In this document: in pieces, positions 1 to 22,405 of the stretch
Numbering within the stretch: position 1 is the first letter of the stretch
Layout: each line of letters opens with the position of its first letter
Assembly (NCBI GenBank): GCA_965112735.1
Contig: OZ218959.1
Span: forward strand, 2,232,001-2,296,000
Length of the DNA: 64,000 nt
Direction: 5' to 3'
Source: Phaeosaccion multiseriatum
Lineage: Eukaryota > Protista > Ochrophyta, other classes
Made by a program: the position numbers and the translations under genes
The notes under the pieces: model-generated
What the model was told of the DNA's origin: nothing
The model's input: the letters and a program-made list of their open reading frames with translations, nothing else
Databases searched by the model: none

Positions 1-215
1 CTTCTGGGCCGTAGCCCCCTCCAGGCTTCGGGCTTCTGGCCGCAGGCCAGCGCAGGCTTCTGGCCGCAGCCAGGCCAGTGGTCAGGCTTCAGGCTTCTCA
101 GGCTGGGAGAAAAATGGGGGACTTGGCAGGCTTTTCGCTACTTTCTGCAGGCTTCTGGCCGCAGGCCAACCGTAGGCTTCTTACTTTCGGCCGCAGGCCG
201 CCGCAGGCTTCTGCT
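1..215. repeat. Degenerate GC-rich tandem repeat (core CAGGCTTC/TGGCCG), truncated by window edge
   Basis: (C)AGGCTTC and GGCCGCAG recur many times in 1-212. Confidence 0.7.
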
Positions 216-558
216 TTATCGGGGGCCCGAGAAACCTCGCCTGGAGCCGACAGACACAAAATCGAACAAAAGTCAGCCATCCAGTCAATGGCGACCGCCC
301 TCCATACAACCAACTCGTTACTCTGGCGTTTTCAATTCCTGCTTTGCCCCCTCCTTTTGTGTGTTGATTTCCCGGACCAACTTTTTTCGTGGGTAATTAT
401 CAAGGACAGGGACACGCTTGTTGAGGAGTGTAGCGCCACTGCAAGGCTCACGAGGAAAGTTGGGCGTTTCTCTGGAAGGCTTAAGGGGCAAGAGAGGTAG
501 AAGGGTGAGAGGAGAGAACACGAGCGGCGCAGCACGTTTGTTTGTTTGCTTGTTTGAT

Positions 559-1286
559 ATGTGTCGATCTCCGTCTGTGCCGCAAGTCGGGGCGGCATCT
601 GCTCGAGTAATGTCTGTGATAGGTCTTATGTGGGCGTCCGCGGCAGCATTGCCCAACGTCCAAGTAGAAGCAGCAGTAGTGGCAGCAGTGGGTGAGGCAA
701 AGCCTTGGAGGCAAGAGAACAGAGGGACTGTGCAAGCTTGGCAGAGGAGTGGGCGGGGTAAGAGCGAGCGAGTCTTTCCTGTATGGGGTGGGCGGCGGGT
801 ATATCCTGGTCGGGGTGCAGCAAGGAAAGATCAGCGGCAACAGCAGCAGCAACAGTCGCGAGCAAGTTCGGGAGCGACGAAGCGGAGGAGGACGAGAGCG
901 AGGAGCGTGGTCTCGGAGGGCGAAGCAACGAGGGAGACGGGGAACGATCAACCGCAGGGGCAGCCACAGGGGGTCCAAGAAGAAGAGCAACAAGAAGGAC
1001 AAGAGCAGAGCCGCCGAGTAGTACAACAGCCTAGTGACCATGCCTACACCCTGGCTCAAAGCCTCCGGGGGGGGAAGAGTGATTTCTTGTGGTTCTGGCG
1101 GAGCAGCAACCCCAAGAGCTCCGTGGCCACCTCCATTTTCAACCTCGTCAACAATGTGGCGGGGGCAGGCATGCTCACTCTCTCTGCAGGTGCGAAGCTT
1201 GCTGCTTGTGGCAAGGGGAGAGAAGAGCAGAACAGAACGTATACACAGATATAGGTGGAAGTGAGTTGGGCGGGCGGGCGGGCGGG

Positions 1287-1345
<59 letters not shown>

Positions 1346-4300
1346 GATGTTTTCGTTGTTTGTTGTTGTTGTTGTTCGTGTGGGGTGATGGTGGTGGTGT
1401 TCCACACTCTCATCTGCTGTCGTCTCTCGGGCCGTCCGTTTTTTTCAAAGCCCTCGCAAGCCAAATGCATGTCGTACATGCTCAACCAAAACCCACACTG
1501 ACCCTCCAGCCCACTCACCCATCATCAACCCCCCATCCTCCTTACTCCCTCTGTACTGCCTACCACCCACTCACCAGGCATGGCGGCAGGCACCGGCCCT
1601 CTTGCTGCACTTTGCATCTGCGTGTTCCTCGGCGTCGCCAGTGCGTACACATTCAGCCTAGTGGGGTACACCTGCCACGCCACAGGGCACAAGTCCTTCC
1701 AGAGGATGTGGGCACACGCGTTGGGCCGCAGGTACGGGGGGGTCGCAAGCAGGATGGCAGTGGATGGGGTGTCTGTGTGTGTGTGTGGGGGGGGGGGGGG
1801 GGGGGGTAAAGCGACGAATCAATGAAGAGGGGCCCCTGTCTGTCTTGGGATGACAACGTCGAGCGGATCAACCAACCAGCCACCAAACCAACTAACCAAC
1901 CAAGCAACCAACCAAGCCAACTCTCCCTCCCTTCCTCCCTCCCTCCCTCCCTCCCTCCCTCCCTGCCCTCAGGTCTGCCTGGGCCCTGGAGCTGGGCATA
2001 ACGGTGTTGTGCTTCCTAGCGGCGGTCATCTACTCGGGCATCATCGGAGACGTGTTCACGCCTCTCCTGCAGGTGAGTGAGTAGGCGGGTTGGTGGTACG
2101 TACATCTGTTCTTTGTCCACAGAAGGGCAATACTCGATATTCGGCATTCGATATTCCATGCATCCACCTCGACCCCTTGATTGATTGACAATCATGCATC
2201 ATCAATCCATTAATGTCATCATCAATCCATTAATGGGCTGGGATAATCTTGCTCGTACACATTGGACAGTGTCGACTCTTTCTATCTTATGCACTGAAAC
2301 TGAAAACGACAACCCTCCGCCTCCTTTCTGACTGTCCCCTGTCCTCTGGCCTCTGTCCACTGTCCCTCTGCACGCCCTTTGTCCTGCCCTTGTCCTGGTC
2401 AGGCGGCGGGCCTGCCGGACCGTTTCAACTACCGCAAGGTGAACATCATCACCGTAACCGTCGCGGTGCTCGCCCCACTCTCGTTCCTGCAGGACCTCAG
2501 CAGGCTTAAGGTCAGGGGGGTGGGATGGCAGTGGATGGGCTGGGTGGGATGGACGTGTTGCTGGTGCTGTTGCTGGTGGTGATGGTTGTGGTGATGGTTG
2601 TGTGGCTGTTGCTCGTGATGGTGATGGTGATGATGATCGTAATGGTGATGGTAATGGTGATGGTGGTGGTGGTGTAATGATCGTAATGGTGATGGTGATG
2701 GTGATGGTGATGATGATCGTAATGGTGATGGTAATGGTGATGGTGGTGGTGGTGGTAATGGTGGTGGTGGTGCTGCTGCTGCTGGTGACGGTGATGGTGG
2801 TGGGGGGGGTGGGGGTGGTGACGGTGGTGGTGGTGGTGGGGGGGGGGGGGGGGGGGGGTGGTGGGCCACCGCCGTGACGTGACTGGTGTCGAAGCATTGT
2901 GCTCACTTCTCTCGCCTCGTCTCTCTCTCTCTCTCTCCTCGTCTGGCCTTACTCGTTCACCCCTTCTCTTCTCTCCCCTCGTCTCCCCTCCTCTGCCCTT
3001 GCTCAGGTCACCAGCATGTTGGGCTTCGCCAGCGTGTGCTACACCGCATGCTTCATGGCACTCCGAGCCTTCGACGGAAGTTACAAACCTGGTGAGGAGG
3101 AGGACGAGGCACCCCTTCACTGCCATCCACTCTCAAGACCAGCACTTGTCCCCCCCCCCCTTCCTCCTCCTCCTCCTCCTCCTCCTCCTCCTCCTCCTCC
3201 TCCTCCTCCTCCTCCTCCTCCTCCTCCTCCTCCCCGCTCCTCCTCCTCCTCCTCCTCCTCCTCCTCCTCCTCCTCCTCCTTGCTGCCCTCCTCGACACGC
3301 AATTAAGTCGCCCATCTCATTGAACTCACCCTCCTCTCCCTTCCTCCCTGCCCGGCCTCTCCCCCCCTCATCACCTCAATCCAATCCGATTTACAGGTGG
3401 CGCATATTACCACCTCGTGGACGCAAGTTCGCAGCCTCTCTTCAGCCCGAGGTCGCTTTTTCACGTCGACAAGACAGCCCTGGTGCGTCCTTAGGTTTTT
3501 AGCACGAGTCTGGTCACTTGAGTCCTTAGCACCAGTCTGGTGACTGAAGTGGTCACACTTTCGTACACCCTTACGTAGGCAGTAAACCCCCTTATACCCA
3601 CCCTTACGTAAGCCGTAAACCCCCCGCAGATCCTGTTCAGCAACCTCGGCCTCGCCTTCATCGCGCACTACAACGCCCCCAAGTACTACAGCGAGCTCAA
3701 GGTAAGTCAACAAGTCGCCTCGTAAGTCAGTAAGTAAGTACTTAGTAAGTCAGTAAGTAAGGGGGCCTTTAAAGAAGAGTGATGAGACACCGAGAAGGTA
3801 GAGAGAGAGGGCACACGTATACAACAACCCTCGCAAGACGGGGAGGGAGGAACAAGTGGACAGACAGTAAGTCAGTGAAGTGGACAGACAGTAAGTCAGT
3901 GAAGTGGACAGACAGTAAGTCAGTGAAGTGGACAGACAGTAAGTCAGTGAAGTGGACAGACTGTAAGTCAGTGAAGTGGACAGACACACTAAGTCAGTGA
4001 AGTGTCTGAGCAGCCAGGACTAACAAATGCCACCCTCTTCGGCGTACTCTCCCATCTCTCCCATCTCTCTCCCTCCCCCTCTCTTCCCGCCTCTCTCCCC
4101 CCCTCCCTCTGTCCTTCTCCCCCCCTCTCTTCTCTCTCTCTCTCTCGTCTCTCTTCCTTCAGGAGGCGAGCACGAAACGCTTCAACCTGGTTGTGGCCTT
4201 CTCCTTCTCCATCCTCACCCTCATCTACGGAAGCGTCATGCTGTTGGGGTACCTCACCTTCGGCACCAACACGCAGGGAAACGTGCTTATGAACTACTAC

Positions 4301-6650
4301 AGGTTAGAGGAAGGGAAGGAGAGAAGGAAGGAAGGAAGGGAGGGAGGGAGGGAGGGAGAGAGGAACGGACGGAGGGAGGGGGGGGAAGGCAGGGAGGGAG
4401 GGACGGAGGGAGGGAGGGAGGTGGGGGAGGCAGGGAGGCAGGGAGTGAGCGAGTGAGTGAGTGAGTGAGGGAGGAAGGAAGGAAGGAAGGAAGAGTCACT
4501 CCATCACTTTCACTCACTCACTCACTCACTCACTCACGCACTCACTCACTCACACACTCACTCACTCACACACTCACTCAGAAAGCCAAGCTGACGCCTC
4601 TCATGTGTCACCTCTCACCCCCCCCCCCCCCATTCGCCCCCCCTCTCGCCCCTCTCTCAGCCACGACCCCCTTGCCGTGCTTGGGCGCTTCGCAACGGGC
4701 CTGTCCATCATCTTCGGCTTTCCCCTCACCTTCATCGGACTCCGGGACGGCTTCTCAGGTGAGTGAGTGAGTGAGTGAGTGAGTGAGTGAGTGAGTGAGT
4801 GAGTGAGTGAGTGGGTGAGTGGGTGAGTGAGTGGGTGAGTGGGTAAGTGGGTGAGTGAGTGAGTGAGTGAGTGAGTGAGTAGTGAGTGAGTGAGTGAGTG
4901 AGTGAGTGAGTGAGTGAGTGAGTGAGTGGGTGAGTGAGTGAGTGAGTGAGTGAGTGAGTGAGTGAGTGGGTGGGTGAGTGAGTGAGTGAGTGAGTGAGTG
5001 AGTGAGTGAGTGAGTGAGTGGGTGAGTGAGGGAGTGATTGAGTGAGTGAGTGAGGGAGTGATTGAGTCAGTCAGTGAGTGGGTGAGTGAGTGAGTGAGTG
5101 ATGAGAATCCCTCCCTCCAGTGTCACGAGTGTTTGGAGTGTCACGAGAACCAAAGCAAGTACTACCTAGTATTAAGTAAGTATTCGATAACAGCAGTCAG
5201 CAGTGACCACAAGCCACCTGTGCGCTCATCATCCCCCCTCTCTAGTGTCTGTCTTTCTCTCCACTTCTCTCACACTCTTTCTTCTTGCTCGCTCTCCTCT
5301 TCTCTTCTCTCATCTCTCTCTCTCCCTCTCCCCCTCCCCATCTCTCTCTCTCCCCTCCCTCCCCTCGCTTCCCCCCCCCCCCCCCCCTCCGGAATTGCTA
5401 GGCACCGCCAAGAGTATCCTTGCGTGGCGCAAGGGGTTCAACGAAGATGAGGACACCATCGAAGGTACGTACAGCCCAAGCTCCTTCAAGGCGTTAGAAC
5501 AAGGGTTGTGTAGGGCCCTTACTAAAGCCTTACTTACGGCGTTAGGGGTTGTGGTGGGCCCTTACTTAAGTCTACTTAAGGCGATAGTAGGGCCCTTACT
5601 TAAGGCGTTAGGGTTGTGTAGGGCCCTTACTAAGCCTTACTTAAGGGGTTAGGGATTGTGTGGGGCGCTTACTACCTGGATGCGACAATACCTTCTCCCT
5701 CCCTCCCTCCCTCCGTCCGTCCCTCCCTCCCTCCCTCCCTCTCTGCCTTCCTCAACACCCTCCCTCCCTCCCTCCCCCCCCCCCTCCTTTACAGGCATGT
5801 ACAACAGTTTCGTGGCTCGTTTCCTGCGGCGCTGCGGCGATGGCACTAAACGCGTGTCCCTGCTGCTGCTCGCTGCCGTGACGGTACTGGCGGTGTCTGT
5901 GGATGACATCGGATTCGTTGTGGGCCTGCAAGGTGTGGGTGTATATGTATGCGTGTGTGTATGTATGTGTGTGTGTATGTGTGTGTACGCGCCTGAGTGA
6001 GTACGTAAGTGTGCGTGTGTGTGCGTGTGTGTGGTTGTGTGTGTGCGTGTGTCAGTGTGTGCGCGTGTGTGCGTGCGTGCGTGTGTGTATGAGTGTGTGT
6101 GTATACACGCAGACTAGAGGGGCCCCAGTGTTGTGTTTTGAGGGGATGTATGTGATGTTCTTTTCCTTCTTGTAACCCACGCCTCCCCTTCCCACCACGC
6201 TTTTCTCTTACCACAACGCCCACGCACACACCCACACCCACACACACCCAAACCCACACACACACACACACACACCCACACCCACACACACACACACACA
6301 TACACACACACACCCACACACACACACACAAACACACACATACACACACACACCACGCAATCACACACACACACACACACACACACCACGCAATCACACA
6401 CACACACACAGGCTCTCTCCTCGGTGCGAGCATCTGTTACATCATCCCCTCCCTCGTGTACGTGAGGACCATGATCAAGAGGAGACGCGCCACCCGACTC
6501 ACGCGACTGAACTATGTGTTCGTCGCTTTGGGTCTATTCTTGGCGGTGTTGGGCGTCGCCATGACGGTGCACCACCATGCGAACATCCCGGACATTTTGG
6601 CGGGGTTGGGCTTTCATGGGGAGGCTGAGAAGCTCAATCTTGGGCACTAG
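559..6650 (+). CDS. Amino acid/auxin permease (AAAP, Aa_trans / SLC38-like) transporter, 12 exons
   Basis: Phase-consistent exons 559-1189, 1578-1731, 1973-2072, 2403-2510, 3007-3091, 3397-3483, 3630-3701, 4163-4302, 4661-4758, 5402-5464, 5795-5932, 6412-6650. Motifs [71 protein letters not shown]. Start codon uncertain (559 or 610). Confidence 0.9.
3860..4003. repeat. 24-bp intronic minisatellite (AGACAGTAAGTCAGTGAAGTGGAC) x~6
   Basis: Near-perfect tandem units read directly from the sequence. Confidence 0.9.
4759..5100. repeat. (GAGT)n intronic microsatellite starting at the 5' splice site
   Basis: The GTGAGT donor runs directly into about 340 bp of GAGT repeats. Confidence 0.95.
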
Positions 6651-8242
6651 GGCATTAGGGTACAAGGAGGGAGTGGAGGAAGGAGGGAGGGAGGGAGGGG
6701 GGGAGGGAGTGGAAGGAAGGAAGGAGGGGGCGAGGGGGGGAGTGGAAGGAGGGAAGGAGGGAGGGGGGGAGGGAGGGAGGGAGTGGAAGGAAGGAGGGAG
6801 GGAGGAAGGGAGTGGAAGGAGGGAAGGAGGGAGGGGGGGGGGGAGGGAGGGAGGGAGGGATGGAGGGAGGGAGGGAGGGAAGGAGGGAGGGAGGGTGGGA
6901 AGGAGGGAGGGAGGGAGGCAGTGAAGGGAGGGAGGGAGGGAGTGTATGTGCATGAGTGCGTGTGTGTGCATGAGTGAGTGAGCTCGTGAGGGACTTAAAG
7001 AGTTTGTGAGCGAGTGAGTTGAGTTAGTCGGTGAGTCAATGAGTGAGTGAGTGCGTGAGTGAGTGAGTGAATGGGTGCGTAAATCAGTATGTCAAGTGAG
7101 TCAATGAGAATGAGTGGGCGGCGAGTGAGCATGTGTGTGTGTGTGTGTGTGGCGGCTCTACCACACACACACAAAGCAGCCCTCCCTCCCTCCCTCCCTC
7201 CCTCCCTCCCTCCCTCCCTCGTGCTCCTCCACTTCCACTCCACACAACACTCTCTGCACATGTGGGTACATAAGTAATGCTACGTACTCATGTATCAAAT
7301 CATTGAGTGTTTTCATCTCTCTCATACATCGCATAAATTGGAAAGGGCACCGTCCGCCTCCGCCTGGCCTGTGATTCTTTCAATTCCGTTTTCGTAAATC
7401 AATTAATTATCGTACACATAATTAAAAGTAAAAGTAAAGCCCCCCCCTCCCCCTCCCCCCCCTCCCCCTCCTGTAGTGAGAGGGTAGCGCTGAGACAGGC
7501 ACCAGCCAACGCCTTGCTGGCTTGATGGAATGAATGAATGAATGAATGAATGATGGATGAATGAGTGAATGAATGAATGATGGATGAATGAATGAATGAA
7601 TGAATGATGGATCGATTGAGAAGGAAGGGAGCATGCTTGCCGCCTTCCCTCCCTCTCGCCATCTTCCCACCACTTGTCTACAAGTGGTGCCACTGAACAA
7701 CCGCCCATACGCCTCTGTATCTCTCCCTCTGCCCAACGTGTAGCCTTCTTCCTCACTGTAATAAACCACCCCCGTGCCCCTGTCTGTCCTTCTCCTCCCT
7801 TCTACCCTCCCTCTCCTCTCCCCCTCCCCCCCCCCTCTTACACCACCTAACCTGTGGCGGAAGTAACGGTTCTCTCCACATTGCTTCCTTCCAAGCTCTA
7901 CTTGCACGATATACTCTACCTCTACTAGGTCCAAGGGGAAACACAAAATGTCCCTCATACACAAGGGATGGTTCAACCGCACGCACGCATTCACCCATCC
8001 ATATGCCTCTGTATATGCCTCTTTACTCGGCTCCTCCTCCGAAAAGCAAGCCGCAACCTCTGACACAACAACCAACCCAACAACAAGACCCAATGACATC
8101 ATCCTCCTCCTCCTCCTCCTCTTGTTTTTTTCTTTTTTTTTCTTCTTCTCCTCCTCCTCCTCCTCCTCATCCTCATCCTCCCTATCATCACCCTCCCCCT
8201 CCTCCTCTTCCTCCTCCCTCTTCCTCCTCCTCCTCGTCACCA

Positions 8243-19530
<11,288 letters not shown>

Positions 19531-19881
19531 TGCAGTGGCCCACTACCAACGTCTGTTCGCCCCCCTTTTGGTGAGGGATCTTTCAAAATTGAAAACCAGG
19601 GCTTCTTGTGGTGGCGCCGCCTCGCTCCTCCCGTCAGCCGCAGCAGGCAATATCCCCCGCAGCAGGCTCCCCGCTTCACTGCGCAGCAGAGCAGGGTAGT
19701 CCACGCCCTCTGGCGGCACGCCGTAGTCCCTCTGTTCTCCGGCCCAGTCAAAGCAATATTGCTTAGGACTGGGGAGCGTTACAGAATACAGAAATGTGTT
19801 AAGGGGGGGCGACTAGAAAAGCCTCTGCACTCACACTGCACGGGAGTGGCAGCTTTTGGTTCCATCGACTGACGGCCCAAG
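19531..19881. promoter_or_regulatory. Putative bidirectional promoter (NUP155 / coiled-coil gene)
   Basis: 351 bp between divergent ATGs, free of microsatellites. Confidence 0.55.
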
Positions 19882-21491
19882 ATGCCGATGCTAGTGGCGG
19901 CGCCGAATGAATTCCCCTTCGAGGAGCGGCCGGAGGTCGATGATATCGACCACATTATGGATAACCTCGTGACCGAGTTGGACGGGCGGAAGGTGCTGGA
20001 GAAGCCCAGGGTGAGCAAGAAGGCGATGGTGTATGCGCTCCGGCAGCAAACCACCATGTTCGGGACCCTGAAGCGAGCACAGGTGGCAAATTTTACGCTT
20101 CTCGACGACCGCAGCAGGGGCACCCAGGAAGTGGTGGAGGGGCTGCTGGAGCGCACGGCAAGGGCTGAGGTGGCAATGACCACGGCCACGGCCAAGGTTT
20201 CGAGCATGGAGAAGATCATTGGCAGACTGCAGGGTAAGCTGACGGAGATGGAGAAGGTGATCGACCTAGCGGCCGTTCTCAAGGAGCAAGTGGCGGAGTT
20301 GCAAGAGACGACAAAGGTGCAGTCAGACAATATCCGGAGCCTCCGAGCCGCAGATGCGAAGCTCGGGGACCGGGCGGGCGTACTGGAGGAGGGTATTCAG
20401 CATATTCCAGGGAGTGCTGTCTTTGTCTCGGCGAATGAGGAATCTCTTCCGGTGAGTTGGTTGGATGGAGAGGCCTACATGGATGGATTGCATCCACGCA
20501 CCTACCTCCCTCAGCGGCTCTGTAATGTCGATTGGATGCATGGTGCTGCAGTGGGCGTTTCGAGAGCACAGTAAAGTGACTCAGATAGCTGTGTCTAACC
20601 GCCCTGGATACAGTCTGTGGTTGTCGCGAAGACGAGGACGAGGGTTGGGTGAGGAATACCTCCTTCTTCTCTTTGGGCGATGGATGGCCTTCTCGCTCCA
20701 TGTCCTCCGCATCAACATTCATGTTCTGTCCAGAGTTTCTTTCCTTGCGTGTGTGTGTCCTTGTATAGGCCTGCTGATGCGCTATCTTCTTCCACCCCCT
20801 TCTGCGTCTTCCCCACACCTCCACTGAGCCTTCTTTCCCCGTCTTTCACACGCGCGCACGCTCATGAAACACGAACGAACGCGACACAGCTTCCTCTAGA
20901 CCAGATTGTCAAGGACATCAATGCGAAGGCGGACAGCACGGGTGCGACAGTAAAGAAACACACACAGACCATTCGCCTGCACACGGAGCAGATCGAGACC
21001 AAAGCAGACGAGTCTCTCAGGGGTGACGTGGTCGTCAACCGAGAGGACATTGACGAGCTCAAGGTCAAGGTAAGTGGACGGGAGGGGGGCGTGGGAAGGT
21101 GGATCATACCTTCGGCCTTGACAAGCCTGGGCACGCCTTGGCACCGCGCCAGCGGTAGCATAGGGAGAGATAGGCGCTGGCAAGCGGCGAAGGAGCATGG
21201 TCCCCACCCTGGCCTCGACACTGACCCTGGTCCGGACCCTTGAATCTACAGATGGCGGCCCAGGAGGAGGTGGACGTGCAAGAGATCAGGCGCAGTCAGC
21301 TTGACATTAGCGAGCGTCTCGATACGGCAACCGAGGAGCTCGTGTCTAAGATTGATAAGGTGTATGTGGACGAGCACGTCGAGGCCAAGTACGAGGAGAT
21401 TATCGCACACCTCCAGAAGGCACTGGTGAGTGGCGAAGGAGGGACAGAGAGAGAGAGAGCACGTACGCACACACCACACATACATACACAC

Positions 21492-21568
<77 letters not shown>

Positions 21569-22371
21569 ATCCTGCGCCGACCCCCAAATTCGTTGAATAC
21601 TACGCCGTATCATCCGTTTCGGTACGATCCACTGCCATCCCATCCCATCCCATCCCATCCCATCCCATCCCATCCCCCGCCCCCCGTCCCCAGTCCGCTA
21701 CCGAAGAGGACGAGGAGGACTTCAAACAAAGCACAAAGACGCTGCAAGATCTTGTGGAGCAGCTCAGCACCACCAAAGCCGACCGAAGAGAGTTGCTGGA
21801 ACTTCGGCAGATCATTCTTTCGCTCGACTCGAGCTCTGGAGACGGGGCGGGTTCGGGGCGGCGGAGCAGGAGCAACAGCATTGGGGGCGGCTCCATGGGA
21901 GGAGACAAGAGCGGGCTTGCCGGAGGTGAGGTTCGGGTCAGACTTGTTGGGTTTGACCCTCGTTTGTCTTCCTTGGTTTGACCCTCGCTTCTCTTCCTTG
22001 GTTTGACCCTCGCTTCTCTTCCTTGGTTTGACCCTCGCTTCCCTTCCCTTCCCTTCCCTCCCCTCTCATCCATCCCCTCCCTCTTCGCCCCGTATACCCC
22101 CAAAAATCAACCACCCCCAACCAACCCCAATCACATTCAAACCACCCCCCAACCACACCGCCAACCACCCCACCATAGCGGTCACCAGGGATGAGCTCTT
22201 CAATCTTCTGGAGGAGAAGGCCGACAAGAAGGAGTTAGAGCGACGCCTCCTCAGCATGGTCAAGTCCATGCACAGCTCGTCGGCGCCAGGGGGGACGCCG
22301 GCCACCCGAGGAGGTGAGTTGGGAGGGAACACGCACGCACACACACACGCACGCACACACACACACATACA

Positions 22372-22405
<34 letters not shown>

